A DNA stretch of 63,810 nucleotides, filler included, from Octopus bimaculoides (taxonomy: Eukaryota): NCBI RefSeq assembly GCF_001194135.2. It is 4 parts of 4 records of this genome, joined end to end, with 100 filler letters (N's around TTAATTAATTAA, not from the genome) between each part and the next. Parts side by side here need not be neighbours in the genome. Positions count along the whole stretch, not along the records: positions 42,820 to 50,830 come from NC_069003.1; positions 50,931 to 63,810 come from NC_068982.1; 2 more parts are not named here. One strand, 5' to 3'. The translations under genes were made by a program, and so were the position numbers. The notes beneath the pieces are model-generated. The model saw only the letters and a program-made list of their open reading frames with translations. It made no database searches and was not told where the DNA came from. How positions within the stretch are numbered: the first letter of the stretch is position 1; each line of letters starts with the position of its first letter. This document shows positions 50,821 to 62,069 of the stretch, in pieces.

Positions 50821-50930
50821 GCCCATATATNNNNNNNNNNNNNNNNNNNNNNNNNNNNNNNNNNNNNNNNNNNNTTAATTAATTAANNNNNNNNNNNNNN
50901 NNNNNNNNNNNNNNNNNNNNNNNNNNNNNN

Positions 50931-51055
50931 CGAATCCGAAAGAATGAAAAGCAAAGTCGACCTCGGCAGAATTTGAACTCAAAGCATAAAGAAAGACAAA
51001 CGAAATGCACTAAGTATTTTGCCCGGCATACTAAAGATTTTGCCACTTCACCAAC
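50931..51055 (-). mobile_element. SINE family B, 5' part
   Basis: GAATGAAAAGCAAAGTCGACCTCGGCAGAATTTGAACTC. Confidence 0.85.
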
Positions 51056-51057
51056 TT

Positions 51058-51136
51058 AATGATGATGATGATGAAAGAAGAAGAAGAAGAAGAAGAAGAA
51101 GAAGAAGAAGAAGAAGAAGAAGAAGAAGAAGAAGAA

Positions 51137-51177
<41 letters not shown>

Positions 51178-51245
51178 AGTAAGTAAGGAAGGAAGGAAGG
51201 AAGGAATGACGAAAGGAAGGAATGACGAAAGGAAGGAAGGAAATA
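51058..51245. repeat. (GAT)/(GAA)n/(GAAA)n/(GGAA)n compound repeat
   Basis: Direct inspection. Confidence 0.92.
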
Positions 51246-52043
51246 TCGAATTAAAACAAAAAGAGATAACAGATATGGAAAAGAAGACCGGAAGGGGAAA
51301 TAGAAGACTTGAAATAAATGATGAGTCAGTTTTCTCGAAGGCAGAAAAGCAAATCTACCGAGCTGAGCGACAAAGGAAAGTTTGAAAGAAAGAAATACCG
51401 ACAGTGAACAGAGATTACAAGTTCTAGAAATCTTGGAGATAACAGAGAAGAATGTAACTAGATTAGTAAACATGAAAGAATAAGGAATATTTAGCAAGTA
51501 TTTATAGCATGATTAAGGTACATCGACAAGATCTGATTATACTCGACAGTAAGAAAATATACTGATATGATGTCATGTTTAAGATACGAGTAAATGCTGT
51601 CCTCTGATACTTATGATTTAATGTGGAGCTACGCACGTCATAGAAACACGTTTTTGATTGAAAAAAGAAAAAAAAAGAACGAAGCCGATTATATTGGATG
51701 CTGAGAAAATGTAATGATGTCTAGTAAATGATATGGGTTAGCAACATCATAGATATCAATGATCTCTTATATCGTGGAGCTACTGGAAGTTGAATTACAA
51801 ACATAGCACAAAGTAAAAACATGTGGAAACAATTGTAGTGATTTTAAATAACGTTGTCCAATCCATTTTCTGTTATTTATCTCTTTATATAACTCCAAGG
51901 ATACTATGGAATTCCTGATGTACATCCAGTTGCAAGAGCATTTCAACTGTATGATGACATCTGGTAGCCAATAATTGTGGATGAGCTTTGCAAAGCATTC
52001 TACAAAGTATCTTACCCTAATCTTATCTATGTGTGTGTGTGTG

Positions 52044-52087
<44 letters not shown>

Positions 52088-53098
52088 NNNNNNNNNNNNN
52101 NNNNNNNNNNNNNNNNNNNNNNNNNNNNNNNNNNNNNNNNNNNNNNNNNNNNNNNNNNNNNNNNNNNNNNNNNNNNNNNNNNNNNNNNNNNNNNNNNNNN
52201 NNNNNNNNNNNNNNNNNNNNNNNNNNNNNNNNNNNNNNNNNNNNNNNNNNNNNNNNNNNNNNNNNNNNNNNNNNNNNNNNNNNNNNNNNNNNNNNNNNNN
52301 NNNNNNNNNNNNNNNNNNNNNNNNNNNNNNNNNNNNNNNNNNNNNNNNNNNNNNNNNNNNNNNNNNNNNNNNNNNNNNNNNNNNNNNNNNNNNNNNNNNN
52401 NNNNNNNNNNNNNNNNNNNNNNNNNNNNNNNNNNNNNNNNNNNNNNNNNNNNNNNNNNNNNNNNNNNNNNNNNNNNNNNNNNNNNNNNNNNNNNNNNNNN
52501 NNNNNNNNNNNNNNNNNNNNNNNNNNNNNNNNNNNNNNNNNNNNNNNNNNNNNNNNNNNNNNNNNNNNNNNNNNNNNNNNNNNNNNNNNNNNNNNNNNNN
52601 NNNNNNNNNNNNNNNNNNNNNNNNNNNNNNNNNNNNNNNNNNNNNNNNNNNNNNNNNNNNNNNNNNNNNNNNNNNNNNNNNNNNNNNNNNNNNNNNNNNN
52701 NNNNNNNNNNNNNNNNNNNNNNNNNNNNNNNNNNNNNNNNNNNNNNNNNNNNNNNNNNNNNNNNNNNNNNNNNNNNNNNNNNNNNNNNNNNNNNNNNNNN
52801 NNNNNNNNNNNNNNNNNNNNNNNNNNNNNCCTTGATTTAAATTTGCAAAACAGAAAAAAGAAAATAATAATAATAATAATAAAAAATAAAAAATAACTTA
52901 TACTGTAGGCTGATGACATGACTTTTCTCATGAGGGACGTAGCACATCCGCTTATGAATTTACTCTGGTTGTGCAAATGAGCGATCCATGACACTCTCGT
53001 AATTGTTCCTTTCAAAACAAGTGTGTATTTAATGCAATTGAAATTTTGACTCTCAGTAGCTGCAAATATCCAACATTTTTATGTTTTATGTTTTCTGT

Positions 53099-53487
53099 TT
53101 TATCTTTTACTCGTTTCAGTCATTGAACTGTGGCCATGCTGGGGCACCACCTTGAAGGGTTTTAGTTGAAATAAATCAGCCCAGTACTTATTATTTTAAA
53201 GCCTGGTACTTAATCTTGCCGAACCGCTAGGTTACAGAAACGTCAACAAACCAACACTAGTTGTCAAGTGTTGTTGAGGGACAAACCCAAAGACACACGC
53301 ATTGATGCATACACACACACATGATGGTCTTCGTTCAGTTTCCGTGCACCAAATTTACTCACAATGCTTTGGTCAAGTCAGAGATATAGTACAAGATAAT
53401 AGACCAAGGTGCCATGCTGTAGAACTAAACCCAGAACCTCGTGCAGTTGGGAAGCAAACTTTTCGCCTTACACTCATGTCGGCGCCA
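53099..53487 (-). mobile_element. SINE family A
   Basis: Reverse complement tail-to-head (GGCCATGCTGGGGCACC...CCGAACCGCTAGGTTAC...GTTGGGAAGCAAAC). Confidence 0.85.
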
Positions 53488-54903
53488 TTTTGCGTAATTT
53501 TCTGAGAAATTCTTGTGTGCTTCTGTCTGCGAGGCAGTATGATACATTCTTATAGTTTTGTATATAAACATTTAGGTGTATAAGTAATTTATAATCGGTT
53601 TTAAGATAGGAAAAATATATTAATATCTACCAGGAGAAACATGACCACCTGCTAATCAGGGGCGATCGCCCAGAAGCCAGTGTTTTTCATATAAGTTTAG
53701 TAATGGGTATGTAGACCGCTAAAGAATAGATTTCTATTCTTCAACTAAAAAGAGAAATATCATTCTGATATTAATGCTTTGCACCAATGGTTTGATTTCT
53801 TAGCCGTTATTTCATCTTTGTTCTGTATATTTCAACTGATATATTCTCAGGCATAAATAACAATAATAATTTTACCCTAACGTATATCAATGAAATGAAT
53901 TAAATGGACCAAATGAAACCAGACCAAACAAGATCAAACCGAACCATTCCTTCATATCCAATGTTATCTTAAATCTGATATGTTGTATCTTGAAATTATA
54001 TTTAATTCATTTCCTAAACAATTTCATTTTCTCGTTTCAAATCTTCTTGCGTTATTACATCGGCAAGTGTACTTGAATAAATTTCATAAATTCCTTTTAA
54101 GATGGAAATTCCTATTCTTTATGTTAGGGGATTATTTTATTGTATTTCGTATTATTTTTTCAACACATTTTCATTAGTGTGTGTTCTTATAAACTATCAA
54201 CAAGAATTTAATCTACCAGTTTTTCATATCAGATAAAATTTCGATACAATGCTTTTGTCATTCTTAATCCCACCTGGATAGCAATGCGTTTGTTCGCTTT
54301 GTTCAACTAGATTTCAGTGAGAAATCTACAGCAGGTTTTATAGGAAATTCAAATTATTTGCTTGGTGCTAAACGAAGCATGATTATAACAGAGATGAAGA
54401 AATAGAAGAGTATTTCCACAAAGCTAATGCTATCATTCTTGAAATACTGCAGCAGATTGAATTAGTGTCAAAGAAATCAATAGACTCTTCTTTGATTACA
54501 CTATAATATGAGCAATCGTTTTTCTGATATTCTCTTGGGATCAAATCTTTTTGTAGCATTTTCAACTAACTTTTGATGTCTTGTTTCTATTGCGATGTAT
54601 AATTCTTTAACTAAAACTCTCTCTCTCCATTCGGACTGCAAATTTCCTAAAATTAATTCATCCAGTTATTTCCTAAACTCAAACCTCGACTGAATATGCA
54701 ATAAGAAACAATTTTCATTATTTTAAAAGGTATTTTTGATTCCCTAATTTGAAAAATGGTTTTTCATTTTAAGGGTAGATTAGAAACTAATTTGGGAATA
54801 AAGCAGCAATTACCGTTAAGTCCCTATGATTTTCTCTTTTGTTACTATAGATTCTGAATTAGCAAAAGAGGAGAGCTTTTCATTTTTGTTCTGTAACATC
54901 ATG

Positions 54904-54904
<1 letters not shown>

Positions 54905-54977
<73 letters not shown>

Positions 54978-55103
54978 CCTTTCTACTAAAGGCACAAGGC
55001 CTGAAATTTGGGGGAGGGGGATAATCGATTACATCGACTTCAGTTCTCAACTGGTACTTAATTTATCGACCCCAAAAGGATGAAAGGTAGAGTCGACCAC
55101 GGT

Positions 55104-55151
<48 letters not shown>

Positions 55152-55244
55152 GCAACAGCAGCAGCAGAAGCAGCAGCGATAGTAGTAGCAGTAGCACCAG
55201 CATCAGCAACATAAGCAAAAGCAGCGATAACAGCAGCAGCAGCT

Positions 55245-55308
<64 letters not shown>

Positions 55309-55439
55309 AGACGACGACGACGACAATTGTTGATGATGATGATGATGATGACGATGATGATGATGATGATGATGATGATGACGATCGTGATGGTGATGGT
55401 GACAATGATGATGACAATGACGATAATATGATGATGAGC

Positions 55440-55516
<77 letters not shown>

Positions 55517-55520
55517 GGGG
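54905..55520. repeat. Compound trinucleotide array (AAT, GCA, GTA, GAC, GAT, GGT) enclosing a SINE
   Basis: Direct inspection. Confidence 0.92.
54978..55105 (-). mobile_element. SINE family B, 3' part, within (AAT)n
   Basis: CCTTTCTACTAAAGGCACAAGGCCTGAAATTTG...CAACTGGTACTTAATTTATCGACCCC. Confidence 0.9.
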
Positions 55521-55559
55521 TCATTGTGATGATCATGATGAAAAGATTCCATCTCAAAA

Positions 55560-55591
55560 GAACTACAATATGTGTGTATGGGTATGTATAC

Positions 55592-55629
<38 letters not shown>

Positions 55630-56039
55630 TTGTGTGTGCTTGTATGTGTGTGCATGCATGCATGTATGTATGTATGTATGTATGTTTGTTTGTTTTTATG
55701 TATGCATGTAGTATAATGTACGTATGCATGTACATATGTATGTAGCATCTATCTATGTATCTATATACATATACATGTATGTAGCATCTATATATATATA
55801 TATATATGAATGTAGTATGCATGCATGTATGTATGTATGTATGTATGTATGTTTGTATGTCTGTATGTATGTATGTATATATGTTGGTAGGTATGTGGTA
55901 TATATCTATGTATCTATGCACGTATTCATGTATGAAGTATGTATGCATATATGTATGTAGTATACATGTATATACGCATTATGTATGCATGCATGCATGC
56001 ATGCATGAATGTATGGATGCATGCATGGATGCATGTATG

Positions 56040-56070
<31 letters not shown>

Positions 56071-56095
56071 TGTAATGTAATATATGTATGTATTA
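55560..56095. repeat. (TATG)n/(CATG)n degenerate tetranucleotide tract
   Basis: Direct inspection. Confidence 0.9.
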
Positions 56096-56579
56096 ATAAT
56101 AGGCGGAATAAGATTCCATCGATTTGTCATGTATGAAAAGGTCCTATTGGACTCAGGTTGAAATAACATTTGAAGGCTGCTAACATTAATAGCTCGTATT
56201 CATTTCAGTTTTCTATTAATAATATTCATATCCTGTAGCCTATTTTAGTGTTTAATAAAAAAAAAATGAGAAAAAATAACAACAAATGCTAAAATAAAAA
56301 AAATAAAAAAAGACATGATGCTAATGTACTCAGAAAGAAGAAAATAATCACCTAGGCACATAAAAGACTTCAGCTAATAAATTCCATATTATATAATGAG
56401 TGATACCCGTGTAATCTAAATTCTAACATCATAGGATCTACATACAATGAATGCAATCAGATTATGATAATTTGGGCAGATACAATATATAGAAAGAATA
56501 TGTTGTTGTTAATGATGATGATGATGATGATTTTTAGCCTAAGGTTAGCCTATCCGCAAGGTCAGCCTATCTTTTATTT

Positions 56580-56770
56580 TTTTCGGTCATTGAACGGCAG
56601 CCGTGGTGGGGCACAGCCTTGAAGGATTTTAGTTGAATGAATTGAACCTTGTCCTTCTATTTTTAAAGGTTGGCATTTTTTTCTTTTGCCGAACCGCTAA
56701 GTAATGGGGGACGTAAACAAACCAACGTCTGTTGTCAAGCGGTGGTGAGGAACAAACACTCACGCACGCA

Positions 56771-56828
<58 letters not shown>

Positions 56829-56830
56829 TG
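56580..56830 (-). mobile_element. SINE family A, 3' part
   Basis: CTTTTGCCGAACCGCTAAGTAATGGGGACGTAAAC...GTTGTCAAGCGGTGG. Confidence 0.8.
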
Positions 56831-57648
56831 TGTATGCAAGTGTATATGCATGATGTAGGATTTGCTTGCGGGAAGGACTACACCAACGAAGTCGCGTATT
56901 GTCCTTGCCTTCGAAACGCGGAGTAGATGGAGCGGGGACAACTGAAGAAGGGTAATATTCTTTATGTTACATGTCTCGTTTCTCTGTTTGTTTTTTTTTT
57001 CGTTGTTTGAAAAAAAAGTTCGTTTTCTGTCTTCGACTTCATGTTNNNNNNNNNNNNNNNNNNNNNNNNNNNNNNNNNNNNNNNNNNNNNNNNNNNNNNN
57101 NNNNNNNNNNNNNNNNNNNNNNNNNNNNNNNNNNNNNNNNNNNNNNNNNNNNNNNNNNNNNNNNNNNNNNNNNNNNNNNNNNNNNNNNNNNNNNNNNNNN
57201 NNNNNNNNNNNNNNNNNNNNNNNNNNNNNNNNNNNNNNNNNNNNNNNNNNNNNNNNNNNNNNNNNNNNNNNNNNNNNNNNNNNNNNNNNNNNNNNNNNNN
57301 NNNNNNNNNNNNNNNNNNNTATATATATACTAGTGGGACCCTTGGAAATTCCACAGAATGGAAAAAATTAAGGGGAACTATTTAAGAAAGAACGGATGAT
57401 TTGCATTTTTATCGCATTCATAGTTTAGCTTTCTTTGAATATTCTTGACGTTCGTCTACATTCATTTCCTCGCGTCTCCGTTGGTGTTGCCATTTTCCTC
57501 TTTTTATTATACCTTTTCACTGTTCCTCTCTGATCCGTGCTCTATATCTGCGCGTCCTTTCTCGGACAGCTTGCAATCGTGTTTCTTGTGAATCTTTTAT
57601 GCGTATATTGAGGGTACGACCGGATGGGAGACAGACACAAAGGGCCCC

Positions 57649-57698
57649 TAATTCTTCATCAGTTAGCAACCAAAATGGTAAAACTCAGTTTCGCACCA
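57649..57698 (-). ncRNA. Circularly permuted (type II-like) hammerhead motif HHR4
   Basis: Minus strand UGGUGC GAAAC uga GU U UUACCA uuu UGG(uugc)UAA CUGAUGA A GAAUUA. Confidence 0.55.
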
Positions 57699-58245
57699 TT
57701 ATATATATTCTGCGTGACTCTACTCTACCTTCACTCTTTTTCCTTTTCTCTCTCGCATTCTTACTTCTATATCTAGCCTGTTCACTTTCCCCTTTTTTTC
57801 CCTTTTTTTCTCTCTCTCTCTCGCCCTCTCGCTTGTATTTATAGTCTTTCTCTTTCCCCGTTCCTCCTTCATTTCTTCCCTTATTTTCTCTCTGTCGCGC
57901 TCTTTCCCTTCTCCTCTACCTGCTGCTGACACGTGACTCGTGGCCACCTTTTCTTTTCCTCTCTTTTTCACACCGGCCACCAAGCCGTTCCGTCTCAAAA
58001 AATTTCTGTCATGCTATTTCCTTATCCTTTAAGAGTTCTTTTAAGCATTATCCACCATTCCTGCCTTTTTGGCCCTAAGGCCGTATTTTGCTCGTTTCCT
58101 ATTTATTTCCTCTTTTACCCATCGTCTTCAATTACACATTTTTACTTTCATATGTCCACTCTGTGTTGTTTTATTTGCTTGAGGCCCGACATTCTCTGTG
58201 ACTTTCACAGGCACCAATATGGGAAGTTCTCAGACTTATCATTAA

Positions 58246-58299
58246 TAGTGCGAAACTGACTGAGTATTACCATTTTGGTTGATAACTGATGAAGAATTA
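58246..58299 (+). ncRNA. Circularly permuted (type II-like) hammerhead motif HHR5
   Basis: UAGUGC GAAAC ugacuga GU A UUACCA uuu UGG(uuga)UAA CUGAUGA A GAAUUA; triplet GUA, cleavage 3' of 58266. Confidence 0.58.
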
Positions 58300-58422
58300 G
58301 GGGCCCTCCGTGCCTGTCTCCCTTAATATACGCATATGCTTTTCATCTGTCGTTGTTTATTTACTAGAGAAAGAGAGAGAGGTGGGAGAGTGAGTAAGAG
58401 ATAGAGAGAGACAGACAGAGAG

Positions 58423-58710
58423 AATTATAATTAAGAGCACAGAAGCTACCATGCTTATATGCTGGATATAGATGCCAGATACATTCAGCCATTTAAAATT
58501 TTCACTTCACAATACACAGGTTGAAAGCAGGAAAGTGGACCGACTAAAAATTCATAAAATAATTCAGTTATGAATTTTATGAATTTTTGGTCGGTCCACT
58601 TTCCTGCTTTCAACCTGTGTATATTGAAGTGAGTCTTATAGTGGTTGGACATAGTTAGTGTCTCTTTCTAGCATATAGGCATCGTAGCTTCTGTGCCCTT
58701 AATCATAATT
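58423..58710. repeat. ~290-bp fold-back palindrome (MITE-like)
   Basis: Inner arms 58512-58560 / 58574-58622 pair at 48 of 49 positions; outer arms TAAGAGCACAGAAGCTACCATGCTTATATGCT / AGCATATAGGCATCGTAGCTTCTGTGCCCTTA. Confidence 0.92.
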
Positions 58711-58847
58711 GTATTCTATCCAATTATATATCTCTATATATGAATTTCATTCAAAAGGTTATTTTTTATTTGCTAGCCACTGATAAAATTCATTAATTTT
58801 AATGATTTTAACCTTTAATTATGTTTATATATTTTTTTGTTTTGTCT

Positions 58848-58910
58848 TAATAACTGACGAGATGCCGGAGCAGATTTCCGTCCCAACATCCGAAACTCAG
58901 TGTTTTATTA
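58848..58910 (+). ncRNA. Type I hammerhead ribozyme motif HHR3 (same family as HHR1)
   Basis: Stem I UAAUAA/UUAUUA; core CUGACGA (58854-60); stem II GAUG..CAUC with inner CGGA/UCCG; GAAAC-ucagu-GU; triplet GUU, cleavage 3' of 58904. Confidence 0.82.
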
Positions 58911-59004
58911 TGGCAACCGAATAATTGTCACGTATTATTTTACAGATAAATTCCTCTGTTTATATGATATCGAGGTCTCATTCATTCTTATGTTGTCATA
59001 CTAT

Positions 59005-59232
59005 TACTTCTTTCAGTTTCCGTCTACCGAATCTACTCACAAGGCTTTGGTCAGCCCGAAGCTATACACGACAGGCTTCTTTCAGCTTCCATCTACCAAA
59101 TCTACTCGCAAGGCTTTGATCGGTCCGAGGCTATAGCAGAAAACACTTGCCCAAGGTGCCATGCAGTGGGACTGGACCCGGAACCATGTGGTTGGCAAGC
59201 AAGCTTCTTACCACTCAGCCACACCTGCGCCT
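59005..59232 (-). mobile_element. SINE family A 5' half with ~60-bp internal tandem duplication
   Basis: TTCTTTCAG(T/C)TTCC(G/A)TCTACC(G/A)AATCTACTC(A/G)CAAGGCTTTG occurs twice (~59008, ~59077). Confidence 0.88.
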
Positions 59233-59508
59233 ATTGATTGATAATAAAAAAAAATGAATATATTTAATGGATTTACGAATCCCATTGGATTCTCTTCAAT
59301 TTGGCCGATTCTAAAGAAACAAGCTGCCAATTTGTTTATATACTCAACAATTACAGTATTTGCGGGAATCTGAGGCTACTAGTTTGCATACCGTTAGTGT
59401 TAACATTTTGGTCGGCCTAGAGTTATAATAGAATACACTTGCCTAAGGGGCCGCCCGCTGGAACTTCTTAACCACATAAACAATCATGCGCCTATTATTC
59501 AACAAAAC

Positions 59509-59728
59509 TAAGGCGGGGAGCTAACAGAGTCGTTAGCACGCCGGGCGAAATGTTTAGCGGTATTTCGTCTGTCTTTATGTTCTGAGTTCAAATTCCATCG
59601 AGGTCGACTTTGCCTTTCATCCTTTCGGGGTTGATAAATTAAGTACCAGTTGCATACTGAGATAGAGCTAATCGATCGCCCCTCCCCCAAAATTTCAGGC
59701 CTTGTGCATAGAGTAGAAAGGATTATTC
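59509..59728 (+). mobile_element. SINE family B, full length
   Basis: AAGGCGGGGAGCTAAC...GTTAGCACGCCGGGCGAAATG...GGTCGACTTTGCC...GTAGAAAGGATTATT. Confidence 0.92.
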
Positions 59729-60860
59729 AACAAACTGTCCTGTGTTTTTGTTTATTTATTTTTTGTTATCTTTTAAAAGATAATTGGGTATGATTTGAGA
59801 TAGATTTGGCTGATATCTTTAGCAAGTTAAACAACCACNNNNNNNNNNNNNNNNNNNNNNNNNNNNNNNNNNNNNNNNNNNNNNNNNNNNNNNNNNNNNN
59901 NNNNNNNNNNNNNNNNNNNNNNNNNNNNNNNNNNNNNNNNNNNNNNNNNNNNNNNNNNNNNNNNNNNNNNNNNNNNNNNNNNNNNNNNNNNNNNNNNNNN
60001 NNNNNNNNNNNNNNNNNNNNNNNNNNNNNNNNNNNNNNNNNNNNNNNNNNNNNNNNNNNNNNNNNNNNNNNNNNNNNNNNNNNNNNNNNNNNNNNNNNNN
60101 NNNNNNNNNNNNNNNNNNNNNNNNNNNNNNNNNNNNNNNNNNNNNNNNNNNNNNNNNNNNNNNNNNNNNNNNNNNNNNNNNNNNNNNNNNNNNNNNNNNN
60201 NNNNNNNNNNNNNNNNNNNNNNNNNNNNNNNNNNNNNNNNNNNNNNNNNNNNNNNNNNNNNNNNNNNNNNNNNNNNNNNNNNNNNNNNNNNNNNNNNNNN
60301 NNNNNNNNNNNNNNNNNNNNNNNNNNNNNNNNNNNNNNNNNNNNNNNNNNNNNNNNNNNNNNNNNNNNNNNNNNNNNNNNNNNNNNNNNNNNNNNNNNNN
60401 NNNNNNNNNNNNNNNNNNNNNNNNNNNNNNNNNNNNNNNNNNNNNNNNNNNNNNNNNNNNNNNNNNNNNNNNNNNNNNNNNNAAGGAAGGAAGGAAGGAA
60501 GGAAGGAAGGAAGGAAGGAAGGAAGGAAGGAAGACGTATGGTTTTGTACCAAAGTTGGAAATATTTACTACAATCCTGTATCTTAAGACAAACGTGTGCG
60601 GCTTCTTTTCTCGGTTCGTTAAGGTAAACCATTCCGTGTTTCTGTTCACTCCTTCAATAATTCTTCTTATACTAAGCTACTGATAGAACAAGTTCTCCAA
60701 TCGTTGGCATAAAAGGGTAGGGTTTGAAAGATCTCTGAACTCTGAACTGTTTGTTTCATAAGTTTATCTTTCACCAATGTAACAAACATATCGGTATAGT
60801 ATTTGATGAAGCTAATATGTAATGCATTAGCTTTCTTCTGCCGTCAAATAACACGCTTAT

Positions 60861-60924
60861 CGAGTTAGTTTAATCGAGTTAGTTTAATAGTTAGTTTAAT
60901 AGTTAGTTTAATCGAGTAAGTTTC
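60861..60924. repeat. Minisatellite, 5 units of (CG)AGTTAGTTTAAT
   Basis: 14/14/12/12-bp units plus one degenerate unit. Confidence 0.88.
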
Positions 60925-61654
60925 CTTGAAACATAGCTTGGAACATTCTGAGTTGCTGTAACTGTTCTTATATGATATATATATTTTTGATGTTTAATGC
61001 AAATATCTAATGCATTGAAAACAGTAATGTGTTGTAAGAAAACTAAGAAGGATTCGTCTAGACTTAGTTTTAGATGAAGAAATTCTTTCACCTGCATAAG
61101 CTAAAAAAATAAACTTACCTTTCCTGTACGTCACAAGCAAAATATATCTCCTTTTCAAAATAATTATTTCATATATCCTTAATTCAATAAGCAAACTATG
61201 ATTTCAATGAAATATTGAGTTACTTAAACTTATTCAACAAAAGAAAGAGAAAAAGGAAGGAAGAACGAAAGCAAGAAAGAAAATGAGAAATATCACTATT
61301 TGAATACAATTCTGTCAAGTAGAAATGCAACTATGAGATTTTATTTATGTTAAACTAAAAGTTATTGAGCGAAACAAATTCTAAAGTGACGCTTCTTAAT
61401 CTTTTTGACATAGTGATGTACTTGCGATCAGACAAATTCTGACTGGTGTACTTCGTATGAAAAGGTTCTTCTTTTTTAATGTTTTAAGCTTAAATTTCAG
61501 AAATATTATACAGAAAATGATTGCTTTCTATATTTTATAAATGACATTTGTGTATAACAAAATGATGAACAATGTGTTTCAAAACATTGGGGCATTAATA
61601 CGGATATTTTAAAGCCTTAACTCACACGGTTAAAAGTCTGTAGAACACCTAAAT

Positions 61655-61944
61655 GTTACTGTTCTATATTGTAGGGATGAGGAATTATGTACAATATTTA
61701 CATTGGACGGATAGGTGGCCTCGCCTTGTTTGTTGTTACCATAACGTTTCATGTTCTCTCCAGCCTTCATCACGTGTCCCGGTGGAATTTCGAACCCAAC
61801 CTTTTATTTCACAACTGAGGTACTCTGTTCTCATTTCTAAGGTATTTTTTGTTGATGTTATTATTATTTATTCAAGTCACTGACTAGGATTGAACCCGGA
61901 ATCCTGGGGTTAGTAGCCCGCGTTCTTAACCAGTACGCTATACG
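61655..61944 (-). mobile_element. tRNA-headed SINE family D with internal hammerhead remnant (HHR7)
   Basis: Minus strand A-box-like TAGCGTACTGG (61930-40), B box GGGTTCAATCC (61887-97), then GACAC GTGATGA A GGCTG...GAAAC GTT (61740-61780). Confidence 0.75.
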
Positions 61945-61945
61945 T

Positions 61946-62066
61946 AAAATATACTTTAGGCATGAGAATAGAGTACCCCATTTGTCAAATAAAGGGTTGG
62001 GTTCGAAATTCCACCAGGGCACTTGATGAAGGCTGGAGAGTACATCAGCCGAAACGTTTGGGTTTG
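61946..62066 (+). mobile_element. SINE family D, 5'-truncated inverted partner with hammerhead motif HHR6
   Basis: Reverse complement of ~61740-61850; GGCAC UUGAUGA A GGCUG gagaguacau CAGCC GAAAC GU U (62017-62063). Confidence 0.75.
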
Positions 62067-62069
62067 ATC

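Larger units (their letters stand above)
57598..58336. repeat. Inverted-repeat element: ~110-bp arms (57598-57711, 58229-58336) around a ~520-bp CT-rich spacer, TA at both ends
   Basis: GGGCCCCTAATTCTTCATCAGTTAGCAACCAAAATGGTAA is the reverse complement (1 mismatch) of TTACCATTTTGGTTGATAACTGATGAAGAATTAGGGGCCC. Confidence 0.9.

Noticed and set aside
52905-52950. CUGAUGA CAUGA-loop-UCAUG followed by AGGGACGUA
   Set aside because: GAAA replaced by GGGA and no stem I.
56900-56960. CCUUC GAAAC GCGGA GUA ... CUGAAGA AGGG, a second permuted-HHR look-alike
   Set aside because: No stem I pairing between the post-cleavage strand and the strand before CUGA; single copy.
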